DNA of 64,000 bases, taken from NCBI GenBank assembly GCA_028534125.1, contig CM052821.1, forward strand, positions 18,476,001 through 18,540,000, written 5' to 3'. This DNA comes from Lama glama. Its lineage: Eukaryota. This document shows positions 24,150 to 36,964 of the stretch, piece after piece. Made by a program: the position numbers and the translations under genes. Under the pieces are notes generated by a model. It ran no database searches. It saw nothing but the letters and a program-made list of their open reading frames with translations, and was not told the origin of the DNA. How positions within the stretch are numbered: position 1 is the first letter of the stretch; the number at the start of each line of letters is the position of its first letter.

Positions 24150-26040
24150 AGAGTTATGCTCATTCATCTTGGGCCACAACAGAATTAAATTTAAATAAAC
24201 TTCATAAATAACAGAAAGCATCTCTAGATAATCCCCAAATATGAGGAAACTAACACTTCTAAGCAACCCACAGATCAAGAAGAAATCAAAGGGAAAATCA
24301 AAACATATTTTAAAATAAATGAAATTGAAAATACAAAATATCAAAATTTGTAAGATGCAGTGAAATTTATGGAACTAAAACACCTATATTAGAAAAGAAC
24401 AAAGGTTTGAAATTAATGACTTCAGTTTCTGGCTTAAGAAACTAGGGAAAAAAGAGTAAATAAACCCCAAAGTAAGGAGAAGAGAGTGTATGATCAAGAT
24501 CAGAGTGAAAAATAATGAAACAGAGAACAAAAAATAGAGACGATCAATTAAATAAAAAACTTATTCATGAGAAAAATCAATGCAACTGATAAAACTCTAA
24601 CAAGTGAGATCAGAAAAAGAGAGAAGACACAAACTACCAGTATCAGGAATAAGAGAAAGTGACACTACAAATCCTACTAATATTAAAAGAAAAACAAATA
24701 CTATGAATGACTTTATGCCAATGAACACAATGACCGTGATGAAATGTACACATTTTGTGAACAGTGTGAGCTACCACAGCTCATTCAAGATAGTGAACAG
24801 CCCTGTATCTATTAAGAAATTAAATCTACTTTTAAAAGCGATCCATTATAGAAGTTGAATAAAAATCCTTTCCACAAAGAGAAGTGTAGGACCAGATGAT
24901 TTCACTGGTGAATTATACCAAACATTTAAGCAAGATATAATACCTATTTACAACAAACCCTTCTAGAAAACTGAATGGGAGGAAATACTTCCCAACTTGT
25001 TCTCTGAGGCCAGCATTACTCTGACACCTAAACCAGGCAAAGCTAGTAATGAAAACTGAAGACCATACCACTCATAACCATAGATGTAAAAATTCTTAAC
25101 AAAACTTCAGCAAGTTGAATATGACAATATATAAAAAGGATAATAGCCACACCAGTCAGAATGTTCATCATTCAAAAATCCACAAACAATAAATGCTGTA
25201 GAGGGTTTGGAGAAAAGGGAACCCTCTTACACTGTTGGTGGGAATGCAGTTTGGTACAGCCATTGTAGAAAACAGCATGGAGATTCCTCAAAAGACTGAA
25301 AACAGACTTACCATATGATCCAGCAATCCCACTCCTGGGCATATATTCACAAGGAATCTTAATTTAAAAATATACCTGCACCCCAGAGTTCACAGTAGCA
25401 CTATTTACAATAGCCAAGCACATGGAAGAAACCTAAGTGTCCATCAACAGATGACTGAATAAAGAAGTTGTGGTATATTTATGCAATGGAATGCTTCTCA
25501 GCCATAAAAAATAATAAAATGATGCCATTTGCAGCAACATGGATCGCCCCGAAGAATGTCATTCTAAGTGAAGTAAGCCAGAAAGAGAAAGAAAAAATAC
25601 CATATGATATCACTAATACGTGGAATTTAAAAAAAAAAGACAAGCTTATTTACAAAACAGAAACAGACTCACAGACATAGAAAACAAACTTATGGTTACC
25701 ATGGGGGAAGAGGGTGGGAAGGGACAAATTGGGAGCTTGAGATTTGCAGATACTGACTGGTATATATATATAATAAATAAGTTTATACTGTATAGCACAG
25801 GGAATTATATTTGATATCTTGTAGTAGCTTACAGTGAAAAAGAATATCAAGTGAATATATGTATATTCATATATGACTGAAGCACTGTGCTGTACACCAG
25901 AAATTGATACAACATTGTAAACTGACTATATTTCAATAAAAAAAATACAACAACAAAAAAACAGGAGAAAGTCAAAAAAAAAAAAAAAGAGTGTAATAGC
26001 TCAGGATCAAGTAGGGTATATCCCAGGAGTACAGGTGGAA
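24150..26040 (+). mobile_element. Old L1 ORF2 relic, interrupted by a young L1 at 25148-25985
   Basis: GGACCAGATGATTTCACTGGTGAATTATACCAAACATTTAAG (GPDGFTGEFYQTFK motif); resumes at 26001 with HDQVGFIPGMQG-like GGATCAAGTAGGGTATATCCCAGGAGTACAGG. Confidence 0.88.
25148..25985 (+). mobile_element. Young camelid-type L1, ORF2 C-terminus plus 3' UTR and poly(A)
   Basis: MWYIYAME...MPFAATW...ILSEVSQ ORF2 C-terminus; ACAGACATAGAAAACAAACTTATGGTTACC; AATAAA followed by an A tail. Confidence 0.95.
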
Positions 26041-26726
26041 GAAGAGCAAGGTGGCTCATGTGCCTAGATTGAATGAGCTGGGAAAGTGAGCTGAGATTTG
26101 AGATGTAAAGGGAACTAGATCATGAGGGCCAGAGCGTATATTCCAACCCACCTGGACTAATTGGTTCTAATGGCCCTGAACTCAACAGGCAACACTAACG
26201 TTGAGAATTTTAGACTCCCTTACAGGCAGACAGGGGAAGATGTGGGGGGAGAATGAATACCACAAGAGAGAACTGTCAACCTCACTGTAAGGACTTGTAT
26301 TTTTAACCTGGGAAGCCATTACAGGGTTCTGAGCAGAGAAGTGATATATTATCAGTTGGTTGTGTTTTAACAATCTATTCTGTTTAGAAGATATTTTAGT
26401 AGAGTAAGGTTGGAATAGTAATATGTAAATCAAAGTATTTTGTAAATTATAAACAAGTCAAATATTAATAAATGAAATATTGCAATAACTTAGTCATTTT
26501 CTTAGCCATTTCTTGGTGCACCATTCCTGATATGCTGCTCTATATATACTTCTTATAAAGAATAGTCTTTGGGCTGTCCTGCCCCTGGGGCCCTTTGATT
26601 AAGTATTCAGAGGCTTTTACTCCCTGATAGGCAGGGTTAACACCACTACTCAGCCCAGCAGTAGTTTTGGAAAATGGACTATCACCCTTCTGCATCCCCA
26701 TAAGATTATGGGAATAAAGTTTCTGA

Positions 26727-27288
26727 GGGGGGGAATGAGACAGGAGGGAAGGGGTCAGGGCACAGCCATTCAAGAAGTGATACAGCAATTAATACCAAAA
26801 TGTTGTAAGATTCAACTCCCAGTAGGCACTGAGGATCAAGATGGAAGGAGACATGACTTCCAGTAGACCTTGTGCTTCATTATGCGCTCATTGTAATATA
26901 TTAGCATGATAAATAACATGCCCACAGGCACCATGACAGTTCCAAGGCTAACCACAAAAGGTCAAATAGTGGGTGATGGTCCAATTCCTGGGAATCCCAG
27001 CCCCTTTCCCAGGATAGTTGGAATGGTCCTCCCACTTGTTAGCATATGAAGCTACCAAGCCCATAAAAACTAGCAACACTGTGCTTCCCTCATGCCTCGT
27101 GGCTGCCTCTCTGGCTCCCTCGTCTTCAGAGACAGCCTGTACTCTGTCTATGGAGTGTGTATCTACTTTTCTTTAACCTGAGCACCCAACCCCCACACCT
27201 TGTGGCCCTTCTCTTGCCTTCTGAAACACCCTGCATTCTATGTAGTATGTATCTCTCTAAATAAATCTATCTTTACTCAAAAAAAAAA
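26727..27288 (+). mobile_element. ERV1 (MER41-like) LTR retrocopy: PPT remnant, U3-R, poly(A); no U5
   Basis: G7AA then TG start at 26736; CATTGTAATATATTAGCAT and GGCACCATGACAGTTCCAAGGCT ERV1-LTR motifs; CATAAAA TATA-like; AATAAA 27260-27265; A10 at 27279-27288; TSD AAAGTTTCTGA at 26716-26726 and 27286-27296. Confidence 0.85.
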
Positions 27289-28594
27289 GTTTCTGATAAA
27301 AGACATTTTAGTAGGGAGGGCTCTCAGAGGAACGTGGGAACCTTGCTTGGTTGTGGGATGATCACTGAAGCACAATGGAGTTCACTAAACCCTTTTATTA
27401 CACATCCCCTCAGTTTTATTGTCAGAAACAAAATGTCATGCTAAGTGGTAGAACCCTAGAATAATATGGCGTTCCTACTGTCATGTGCCTGATCCTAACT
27501 TGATTGTGATACCAGAAATACACAATATTTAACCAAAGAGCTGGTCTCCCCTGAACCAGCCACCTGCAGTCATTGTTCTCCTGACTGATGACATCAGAAA
27601 GCCTTTGCATTTAACTCCGATTTGTGCCAGAGTAAGCCAGAAGAAGCTCCATCTATTACTGGGCACAACAGGGCACTAAGTTCCCAATGCTTAAAGATAC
27701 TGGAAATGATATTTATCTACAATAGCCAAAGACAACTTAAAGCTTCCAGAAAGTGAAGAACCAGAAAGACTGAGAAAAAAGAGCCAAGGTTATAACCAGG
27801 AAAATGGAACCTAAGGATCAAGTCCAAGATGTGAGGCACCAGTGTTTATTTAACCAGCTCACCTCCAGGAGAGTTGTAATCAGAACTGTTTTCAAGGCTG
27901 TGGCTACAGAATATGAAATAGAGTTTTCTTTTACAAAGGATTTGGAATACATTTGGGGGTAGGATGGCCGTTTGAGTGATTTTAAAAATGTACATAATCC
28001 AACACATGCCTAATTCAGCGTTCTATATCACAGTGATTTAACTTGTTTTTAATTTAATTTAATTTAACTCCTAAAAGAACAATACAATGATGAGAGTACT
28101 AGGTCCCTTTGCAGGTGGACAGGAAAGTTTTTTGGAGGAAGTAAATATCAGGTAGAAAATTATCAACCTCATCCACACACAAAGTCAATTCTGCTGACAT
28201 GTAACTTTTTAACAGGTAGACTCTGCAGTTTCTATTTAGCACACAGGCTTTCCACCTGGGAAAGTCCAGCCTGGTGATGACATTTCAGTCTAGCTCACAA
28301 AGTTACCGATTGGCTGCTGTGTGCTTCAGAGTAATGTTTTCTAAAGCTGAACATTATTTGGAAAACAAAAGTGATGAGCCAACTAACCCACACATGTAAT
28401 ACTGAAATCTTAGGAGGAAACTACTGCCTACAAAACACATACACACATGTACACAACTTTTTAATATTTTTGAGTTTCACCAAGTTCCATTAAATGGCTT
28501 TGGAATATTTGAAATGTATAAAAAAAATTCTGAGAAATTTTTGTTTCAATAATTTTCCTACAGAAATGTTTGGGAAATAAAAATGTTTTATTTT

Positions 28595-28950
28595 ATTCAT
28601 TTATATATTCACTCAGTAAATATGCATTGAAGTCTATCCTCAATACTTAGCATTTAGCTTGTAACAGTGAAAAATCCAGATTTCCACACTCCAGGATTTG
28701 AATTTAGTTAACAACAGAAGCATATGCAAATGGCTACAACTCAAAGAGACAGGCTGATCAGAGAAGTATAAACAAAGTACTTGGGGTTTAAGAGAAGAAA
28801 GGTCTAACTGCCAGGGTCTTTGAAGACCAATAGAGAAAGTTATACATGACCTGAATCTTCATGGATTGGAAAGATACAAAGAGGAGAAGCAGAAAGAGTG
28901 ACACTTCACACAGAAGGAATAAAGCCTTGAGGTATAAAAGAGCATGTTAA
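28595..28950 (-). mobile_element. L2 3' end (degenerate)
   Basis: TTCACTCAGTAAATATGCATTGA tail and downstream purine-rich L2 motifs. Confidence 0.55.
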
Positions 28951-29357
28951 GCCTTAAACCATACTGAAGAAACCGTCTGCCTTTTGGTACCCCAATATCT
29001 AGCACCTAACCAGTAATTTTAATTACAGCCCGTTGATCTTGTGATTATGATTGAAAATGATGTGGTCATTTTGTGTTTATGACATTTTGATGGTGATTAT
29101 AATGATGACGAAATAGGATCTTGATCTGGAACTTGACCAAAGTGTCAATGTGGCTGTGCTAACCAGTTATTGACTACATTAAACAACCTGCTTGCATTTT
29201 CCATTTCTAAACCCTTTAGTGTACTCTGAGAAAGTACTAACCATGGCTACTGATTGAGCGTGAAAGATTAAAGGTTTTCTTTTTACACTATTATAATACC
29301 TAGCCTTCTGTAATAAATTTTCATATTTAAAATAATTTCTGTCAAAATTTCAGTATT

Positions 29358-29378
29358 ACACACACACACACACACACA
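29358..29378. repeat. (CA)n microsatellite
   Basis: Directly visible. Confidence 0.95.
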
Positions 29379-29499
29379 GACTAAACTGTTCTAAAATAAA
29401 TCAGAAAGTAACAGAAATGAGAAAATAAAGAAAATTAGTACAAAAAACTTAAGACTGAACTAATTCTATTAGACATAATCTATTATAATATATTCCATA

Positions 29500-30200
29500 G
29501 TCTCTGAAATCCAAATAATTTATTACTATACTAAAAACAAACAGAATATACAACCCAGAACTAGAATCTACTATATTCAACACCATGGTGTTCAATAAAG
29601 GAGACACTATTAATCAATGAGGAAGTGAAAGTTTAGTCAATAAGTACTGTCTGAGCGATCAGTTAGTAAGTTGGAAAAAAAAATCTATTTAGAACCTCAT
29701 TTCATTTCACACAGCCAAAATAAATTGTAGATAAATTAACAAAGTAAACATGAAAAATCAAATAACAGAAATTAGTTGGAAAAAAAAGACATAAAATGAA
29801 TATTTATCAAATGTCCAGAGATGAAATGATTTACTAAGCTTGGAAATGATAAAAGACATAAGGAGGAAAATGAAAGACTATAGTATATGAAAATATAAAA
29901 CTTCAATGCATAAACTCTGACAATCATGAAACAATATCAAATTGTGTCTACTAGTTCAAAATACTTAATAACAAAATAGGTATTGCTATATGGCCATCAT
30001 GAATCAAAGCCAGAATTGTTTTTATAGAGAAATATACAAATAACTGAAACATGTATATATAGCAGAGATATATCCTACAGAATTCTAGGCAGTATGAATG
30101 AAGAAACAGTGTGACTGAATTACAAGAACTGTGCTTAGAGGGGGATTGTGTGGGTGATAAATGCTTCAAAAATTTTATCATCTGTTTCTCTTTTCCTTAA
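29500..30200 (+). mobile_element. Ancient L1 (L1ME-like) ORF2 relic
   Basis: TTTAGTCAATAAGTACTG, CCTCATTTCATTTCACACAGCCAAAATAAATT and A-rich composition. Confidence 0.55.
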
Positions 30201-31099
30201 AAAAGAAGTTCATGGAGGCATTTTAATACAGTTTTAAATACTGGTAAAATAACTCCACTTCTACACAATTTGTTGGTGGTGGTGATTGTAGTAGTAGAGG
30301 TGACTCCTGAGTTCACTGAAATTTACATGAATGGATCGACAGAGTGATAAATGGCAAATATAACATGCTGATGGCACAAAGGACCAAGAGTTTAGCACAG
30401 GGGTGGGGGAGAGAAATGTCATGAAGAGTGACAGAAAACACATGCTAGTTCCTTGCATGGGCTAAAAACCACTAATGAGTTTCTCTTTGCCCTTCCAGCT
30501 TACATAAAACATGCAAGAAATAAAATAAAATCAAGGTCTTTCTTTTCAAATTAGTTCACAAAAAATTTTGAACCAGCCACACTGATTAAATTTACATCTC
30601 TTTTTGCAAAACATATTTAGAGACTACTGTCTTGTGGAGATATTTTGTAAAATTTATGACCATTAGGATCAGGTCACTATAATCCTGACTGTAACTGGGA
30701 AGCGGTGAATATGTGCGTGGGTCAGGGTGGTTTCCAGGTATCTAATCTGACTACTCAAATCAATCCTATAAAATTGAAATAAACCTACCTTCCCCAACTC
30801 CTGTCCACCTGATAAGGTACACAGATGACTTGCAAGGCTTGGATCCTCATGCATCAGCTGCTGGGTTTTATTCTGCTGACCAGGGGAATTTCTAGTTCAG
30901 GAGTTTGGTGAGCATGATGTCTCAGACAGAGTGAGAATAGCAGATCCCGGTCACACAAGTGCTTATATACTGCTTTCTTTTCTTCCCTCAGAGGTTGCAA
31001 AGGTGCTTCAGGAATGGTGAAGACAAAGAATAAGAGTGAAACTAATAAGAACTTGATTGTAAGAGGGTCTTTCATTTACTATATCCTTCCTGTACCTAA

Positions 31100-31800
31100 T
31101 TCAAAGTTAAGAGAAACCACAAAAATTTTCCAACAAAGCTGAAGGAGAATCAACACTAAAAAAAATCAGAATAATAAGAGTTAAGTGGCTTAATAGAAAT
31201 AAATAAAAATTACTACCTTTCCTTTATATAAGCAGCATTAACCAGTCAGGAAACAAGAGGAGAAAAAAACCTATTCCTTCAAAACAGGGGGAGGAGTATA
31301 GAAAACCTTTAAGATTATACTAAGGGGCAGTGAACAGAAAGAAATTTTTATAAAATTATCAATCCTGCCAAAATTAATTAATATTTAATGAAATTTCAAT
31401 CACATAAAATACTTCTGTTTTTTCAAACTACAGGGAAAAGTTATAAATTACAGATAAAAGTTGTACATTAATATAAAAATAAATGTAGGAGACTGCCTAC
31501 AAATTTTTTTTGAAAAGAAAATTGAGAAGGCAGAGTGTGATACTTGCTATATGGCTATTAAAAAAATGCTTACAAAAGTACTGTGATCAGATTAAATGTG
31601 ATGCCAGTAAAGGAAGAGACAAATCAGCACCAGCCACAAAAAGATTCAATTATCTAAGGTAACCTTATATATAACAAAATAAGCATTTTCAATTTAGTGG
31701 GGAAATTTCAGCCTATTTAATAGTTTTATGACTGTTGATACATCTAGGAAAAAAAGTTTAATTGTTTAATCTCTATCTCACAACTAAATGTAAAACTTTA
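31100..31800 (+). mobile_element. Ancient L1 (L1ME-like) ORF2 relic
   Basis: CCTGCCAAAATTAATTAATATTTAATGAAATTTCAATC; GCATTTTCAATTTAGTGGGGAAA. Confidence 0.55.
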
Positions 31801-32799
31801 TATGTGTGTGTATATAAAATATATATACATATGCAATTTGTTTTTCTACTTGTGTTTCAGACTTTTTTCATTAGTACATATATGTCATTCTGTTTAATGA
31901 CCCTTGAATATAACAATTTGTTTAACTGATTTTTTTATGGACATAGGTCTTGGTTACAAGTTTTTAAGGATACATTCATAGAAGTACAATTAGTAGGCAA
32001 AAAGATATGCGCATTTAAAAATATTTAGTTTTGGCTAAATTCCTGGCACAAAATTCTAGAAGAAATTCCTCATGTGATCTCTTTTTTAAGGGATCATTTT
32101 CAGCTGGTCCATGGATGTCTTAATTTGCCCACTAGGGTACTTGATCAAGATAACAAGTATTAACTGAGCACTTTCTTTGCTTCTGACAGTAAGCAAAGGA
32201 CTGAGACAGAAGGCATGATGATCATCAAGGGATACAACAGAAAGTCCTTACCTTTAGGACCATTCCAAAAAAAAGTAAAGAAAAATACAGATATTTAAGT
32301 ACCAAATTGGGTGATAATGTCTACTATATGTGATTTAAAAGAATCAGAGATAAAATAAAGATTTTTTTCAAGATAAAACTTTCCTGCAAATATATTCCCC
32401 CAAAATGATTGTGACTCCGTATCTATTTGGATCTTAATATTTTTGATGATTATTGTTAACAACAATGTCCATCATAATTGACTAACTGAAATAAATTCTT
32501 CCACACCATAGGAAAGTTCAAAGCACATGAATGATCCTGAGACAAAGCTAATTAAAGGGAAGGAAGGTACCCAACACTTACTAACCATGTAATATGTGCC
32601 AAGTTTTTTGATTACAATTTCTTCTATTTTTTTTCACCTCTGGCATGACTTGGAAGGAGAATACTTTGTTTGTGACTCTCTGAAATGAGAGAGAGGCTTA
32701 GAGACCCAAGATTAAAAAGAGAAGCTAGCATCTACAGAGCCCTTACTATGTGCCTAGCACTGCACTAGAATCTGGAAGCACACTGCTCCTCAAAGATAA

Positions 32800-33220
32800 C
32801 TAACAGGAGACCAAAGGAGGAAGTACTGAGGACAGAATGGAGTCCTCAGGGATATAGTCCTAAGAGTTGTTAAGTTTTCATTTGACGAACAGAGGTTAAA
32901 AGTATATGAGAATGGCCTTTGGCTGACAGAAGTCAGCTTACCTAGGTATGCCTGGGAGGTCACGCTACCACCAACACAACCACCACCTGCTCCCACAGGT
33001 CCCCAAAGGCCAATGGCTGACTCATTTGGAATACAAAAAGTCAGTCGGCTTCAATCATGGTAACTCTGCTGTACCATTTATGCTTGAGTTCCTATTGGTC
33101 AGGCCAAGACTAGATTTTAACCATGAGTGTATCTTTGATGAGTAATGTGCCCTTTCCTGTTCTGCCTTCCTGTCTCTGTTATAGGATCCTGGAGAAAATA
33201 GGAGTCACTTGCTTAGTTTC
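32800..33220 (+). mobile_element. ERVL LTR16-like fragment
   Basis: GGCCAATGGCTGAC...GGTCAGGCCAAGACTAGA...CCCTTTCCTGTTCTGCCTTCC, similar to 57025-57447. Confidence 0.5.
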
Positions 33221-34733
33221 CCAAAAGGAACGGCCAAAGGCTGCCTTTAATAGGGAAATGCTCTACTATCCCACTCTAGGGCCATCCATTCTAACTTCTC
33301 ACCAACTTATCCTTCAAACAAAAGTCATACGTGAGATGACACAAGTATTATCTTTTCAATCAATGTTATAAAGTCACTGTTGCCTATCCTTAAAATTAAC
33401 CTCACTCATTTCTGATCCCTGGCATGCGGAACTCACAAAATACGTATTTTTCAAGTTAATGTATGTCTAAGAACTCCAAGATCTAAACAGGATTGTAATT
33501 TCTCTGGGCTTGAAGTCTCCATTATTTGTACTTTCCCTAGAGCTAGACTCATTTCCCTGTAGTAAGCCTTTTGACTTGAATGCTTGTAACATTTCTCTAC
33601 CTCACCTTTCAACTGAGTGGGTCAGGATCAACAACGGATTCATAAACTTCAAGCTTGGAAACCTCACTCTAAACTCAGAATCTCCCGGAACTTTCTGGAC
33701 TAATTTTCCAGCCTTTATATGACTGATAAGAAAGGGAAGTATGCACTGAATGGGAAATTGTGTCACAATTGACCAGATGAAAGAAAACTTACTTGAGCAC
33801 AGAGTGGAAATACCAGATTTAGACTATGATGTATTATAGTTCATTGGCTGGCTGTCATTTAATGAAAGGATCTACCTATTAATATTGATAATAAAATTTG
33901 GGCTTCTCTCCATAAAACTACCCAGTTTTAAGTCCTATAGTGTCAACTTCATAAGCTTCAGTAACCTCCTGAAGGACTGATCCTAAATGAGACTAGAGAT
34001 CCTGGAACCCAATGGTCTAGAAAAATACAGTGAAGTATTGTAGCTGAGAAGAATAGGACATTATGAATGGAGCAGAAGTGTCTTTAGAGATAACCCACCA
34101 CTCATGGCCCATTCCACCCTCATGACTGGCTCTCAGAGCATCATATTTCCCACTGACAAGCTGCAGATTCAAAAATGTATTGGAACACTGAAAACAACTG
34201 CTTCGTAAGACTTTCAAAAATTCCTCAAAGCACTGCATTCACAAGGTAGTGACCTTGTTTTCAGCTGCTTCAACATCTCAAATTTTCTGAGACTTTTAGT
34301 ACATGTCTTTTATGCCTATAATCCCAGAACATGTGTATTGTTCCCCTTCCAAGTTGCTTCCTTACGGATGTCACCATGGAGTAGGGATATCAGAGTTGGG
34401 AGTAATTATATTGTCACAAAGATACCACTTTTTTCTTGCAATGCTGGAAGACAGAGATGGGAGTGAGCCATGGCATCAGTCTAAGAGACATGAGATTTAT
34501 AATCACAGGTTTTTAAAGCTCATAGTGAAAATGAAGAGGAGGAAATGGCAAGGTAGGTGAACGCATTTGGGTGTACTGCAGAACAGAGCAAGAATAATCA
34601 CTTACGTCTGTCAGAACAGATGGGTCTGGAAATAGTTCAATCTTCAGGGCCAAATGTGATCACAGTAATTTGTTTTTCCCACAAGTCTAAAGCCTATCAA
34701 TGTTTAAAACAAAACAAAATAAAACAAAAACAA

Positions 34734-34846
34734 GGGGGAGTGTATAGCTCAGTGGTAGAACACATGCCTAGCATGTATGAGATCCTGGGTTCAATCCCTG
34801 GTATCTCCATTAAAAAATAAATAAACTTAATTAACCCCTCAAAAAA
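34734..34846 (+). mobile_element. Camelid tRNA-Ala-derived SINE (vic-1 type)
   Basis: GGGGGAGTGTATAGCTCAGTGGTAG (A box), GCCTAGCATG (AGC anticodon arm), GGTTCAATCCC (B box), TCCA then A-rich tail; inserted in an A-rich tract. Confidence 0.9.
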
Positions 34847-36459
34847 CAAAATAAAACACTTGGGAGGAATCCAAATGATCACTATTAAAAGAATAATACA
34901 GGAAATAATGTTAATGTTATTTAATAAATTCCAATTTCTTTGGCAAACCTATAGGCCAGCACTGCCTGCAACAGGCCTACTTGCACTGGCATCACCCTGG
35001 AGACTTCTTAGTACAACAAAAACAAGCAGACAAAAATCTACTTAATTGTAACGGAATCTTCATCTCAAATCCTCTCCTCTGCAGTGATCTAGATTCATAC
35101 CGAAGTTATAACAGTGATTTTGCACAGCAAAAAGGGACTGAAAATACAGGAGCTTGGGAAATGATATTTTGATCTAAAAACCCCGACTGAGTGTCTTGCT
35201 GCCTCTTTTGAGTCTTTTGGCTCGTTTTTACATAACAGCTGCCAAGTCAGCAGTTACCCGACTCTGACTCCAGAAAAGACGCCCCAGAACACACACTTGA
35301 TAAGGTGCCTCCTAGTTTGCACCCCATCTCTCCACTCCCATCCCCCCAGGCAAGGGAGTTTAAACCTCAGTAGAGTCTTACTGAGCAACATGGAGGGGCA
35401 AAGCAAAGAGGCAAAGCTGGAGGCCGTGGCTGGGAGACACTGCAGTTCTGTCGCTCCTCCAAGTGAGGTCATAAGGATAACTTTGTGTGAATTTCAACAC
35501 TTATTTTTATCTTTTTTTCATGTGCATAGAAATACTCGGTGATAAAGAAAGAAACTGGGGAATGCTAGAAATAAGTAATATTGACTATAGGTTTGGGGTT
35601 GGCAACTTCTGGACTCTCTTTCTCCATTGCTGGTAATGGCTCTTCACCACACATGCTTTCCAGGAATGTTTCTGAAGCTGAGCCCGTGAGGTTTCTCCGC
35701 TATGATTCCAAAGTTTTTGCAGTCAGCCAAGCACATGCCCACTACATTTACTGCCCCCTATGCAATTTGAGCAGCTTTATCTGTTTGACACATTCACCTT
35801 CTGTTCCAGACGGCATTTAAAGGGTTCCACTGCACACGCTTTATTCAGGTTTTGAAAACCCTTTAGGTTTCTGGAGTCACAGCTCTGCTCTAAATAACAG
35901 CGACCATCCTGAGCTATATGTATTGTGCAACGCTGTCTAAGCCAGAGCACTATTTGTACAGAATTTCTTCTCTTATAAAATAGAGATGTGCTTTCATCCT
36001 TGCGGGATAGTGCGATGACAAATAAGATAAAGGTTAGATTTACTCTGAGATAGACACTGCACATTAGTGTTATAACCACACATCAATACACTCCATTTTA
36101 GATTGTGGTTTCACAGCCTTGGGCTATCAGAACCTTGTTTGTTTAGCTGACTAATCTATCCCTTTTGCAAGACTAGTTCTTCCATTTTTCCTGTATGGAG
36201 AAGAGATGAAAAGATAAGGTATTCTTTAGCTCATGCATTCATTCATCATTTTAAGAGACCCCTCTGAGCACTGTGTGGAGACCAGACTGGGTGAGGAAAG
36301 ACTGCAGTGGGGAGACCAGTTAGGCAGCTAGTGCCATTACCCACTCAAGAAGTAAAAACCCACAATGTGAAGCAAATTTATTTTTACAAGTTATAGAAGT
36401 ACACAAGTCTTACATGGATGGCTAATGTATCTAACTGCCATACCAAAGGAGAGAGGGGA

Positions 36460-36672
36460 CAGTGCAGTACTAGACTTGTAATTCAAATGCCAGCTTTGGC
36501 CATTGTAGGACCTTGATTCTTATATCTTGATTATTTGTTTCTTCTATGTTTTCTCATCTCTAAAAGGAGGCTAAAAGTAGTACCTACCACATAGGATTGT
36601 CAAGAATGCAGGAGTAAGTACACGTGAGGTGTTTAGAATAGTTCTCACAGGCAGTAAGTGCTAGTTGTTATC
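36460..36672 (+). mobile_element. MIR
   Basis: TTTCTCATCTCTAAAAGGAGG...TACCTACCACATAGGATTGT core. Confidence 0.75.
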
Positions 36673-36964
36673 GCCTGGCACATAAAGGATCTAAATGAGG
36701 CAATGTGGTTTGTGGCCCCAAGAGGGCAGCAGAGGAATGAGAACAGATGTGGAAGCACACAAAGTCAGATTTCATTAGTTGTCAAAGATGATGTACTATC
36801 TGATGAGGAAAAAACAAAAGCAGGGAGAAGTCTCCAACGAGTTATGCAAAATGGAGGCTGAGCACAGGGTCCCTTAAAGCCTGCTGTTTTGTTCTTGCTA
36901 ACAATTCAAGACAAGTGTGGTCAAAATCAATGACTTGAGCGAGCCTAGGAAGGAGGATCCAGGC

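Noticed and set aside
28274-28350. C/D-box snoRNA (GTGATGA...CTGA)
   Set aside because: No terminal stem and no recognisable rRNA or snRNA guide
30970-31064. Plus-strand cryptic exon after CTTTCTTTTCTTCCCTCAG
   Set aside because: Modest donor, frame-shifting length, unrecognised peptide; expected by chance
34734-34809. tRNA-Ala(AGC) gene
   Set aside because: Altered 5' end, stem mismatches and an A-rich SINE tail; fits the camelid SINE
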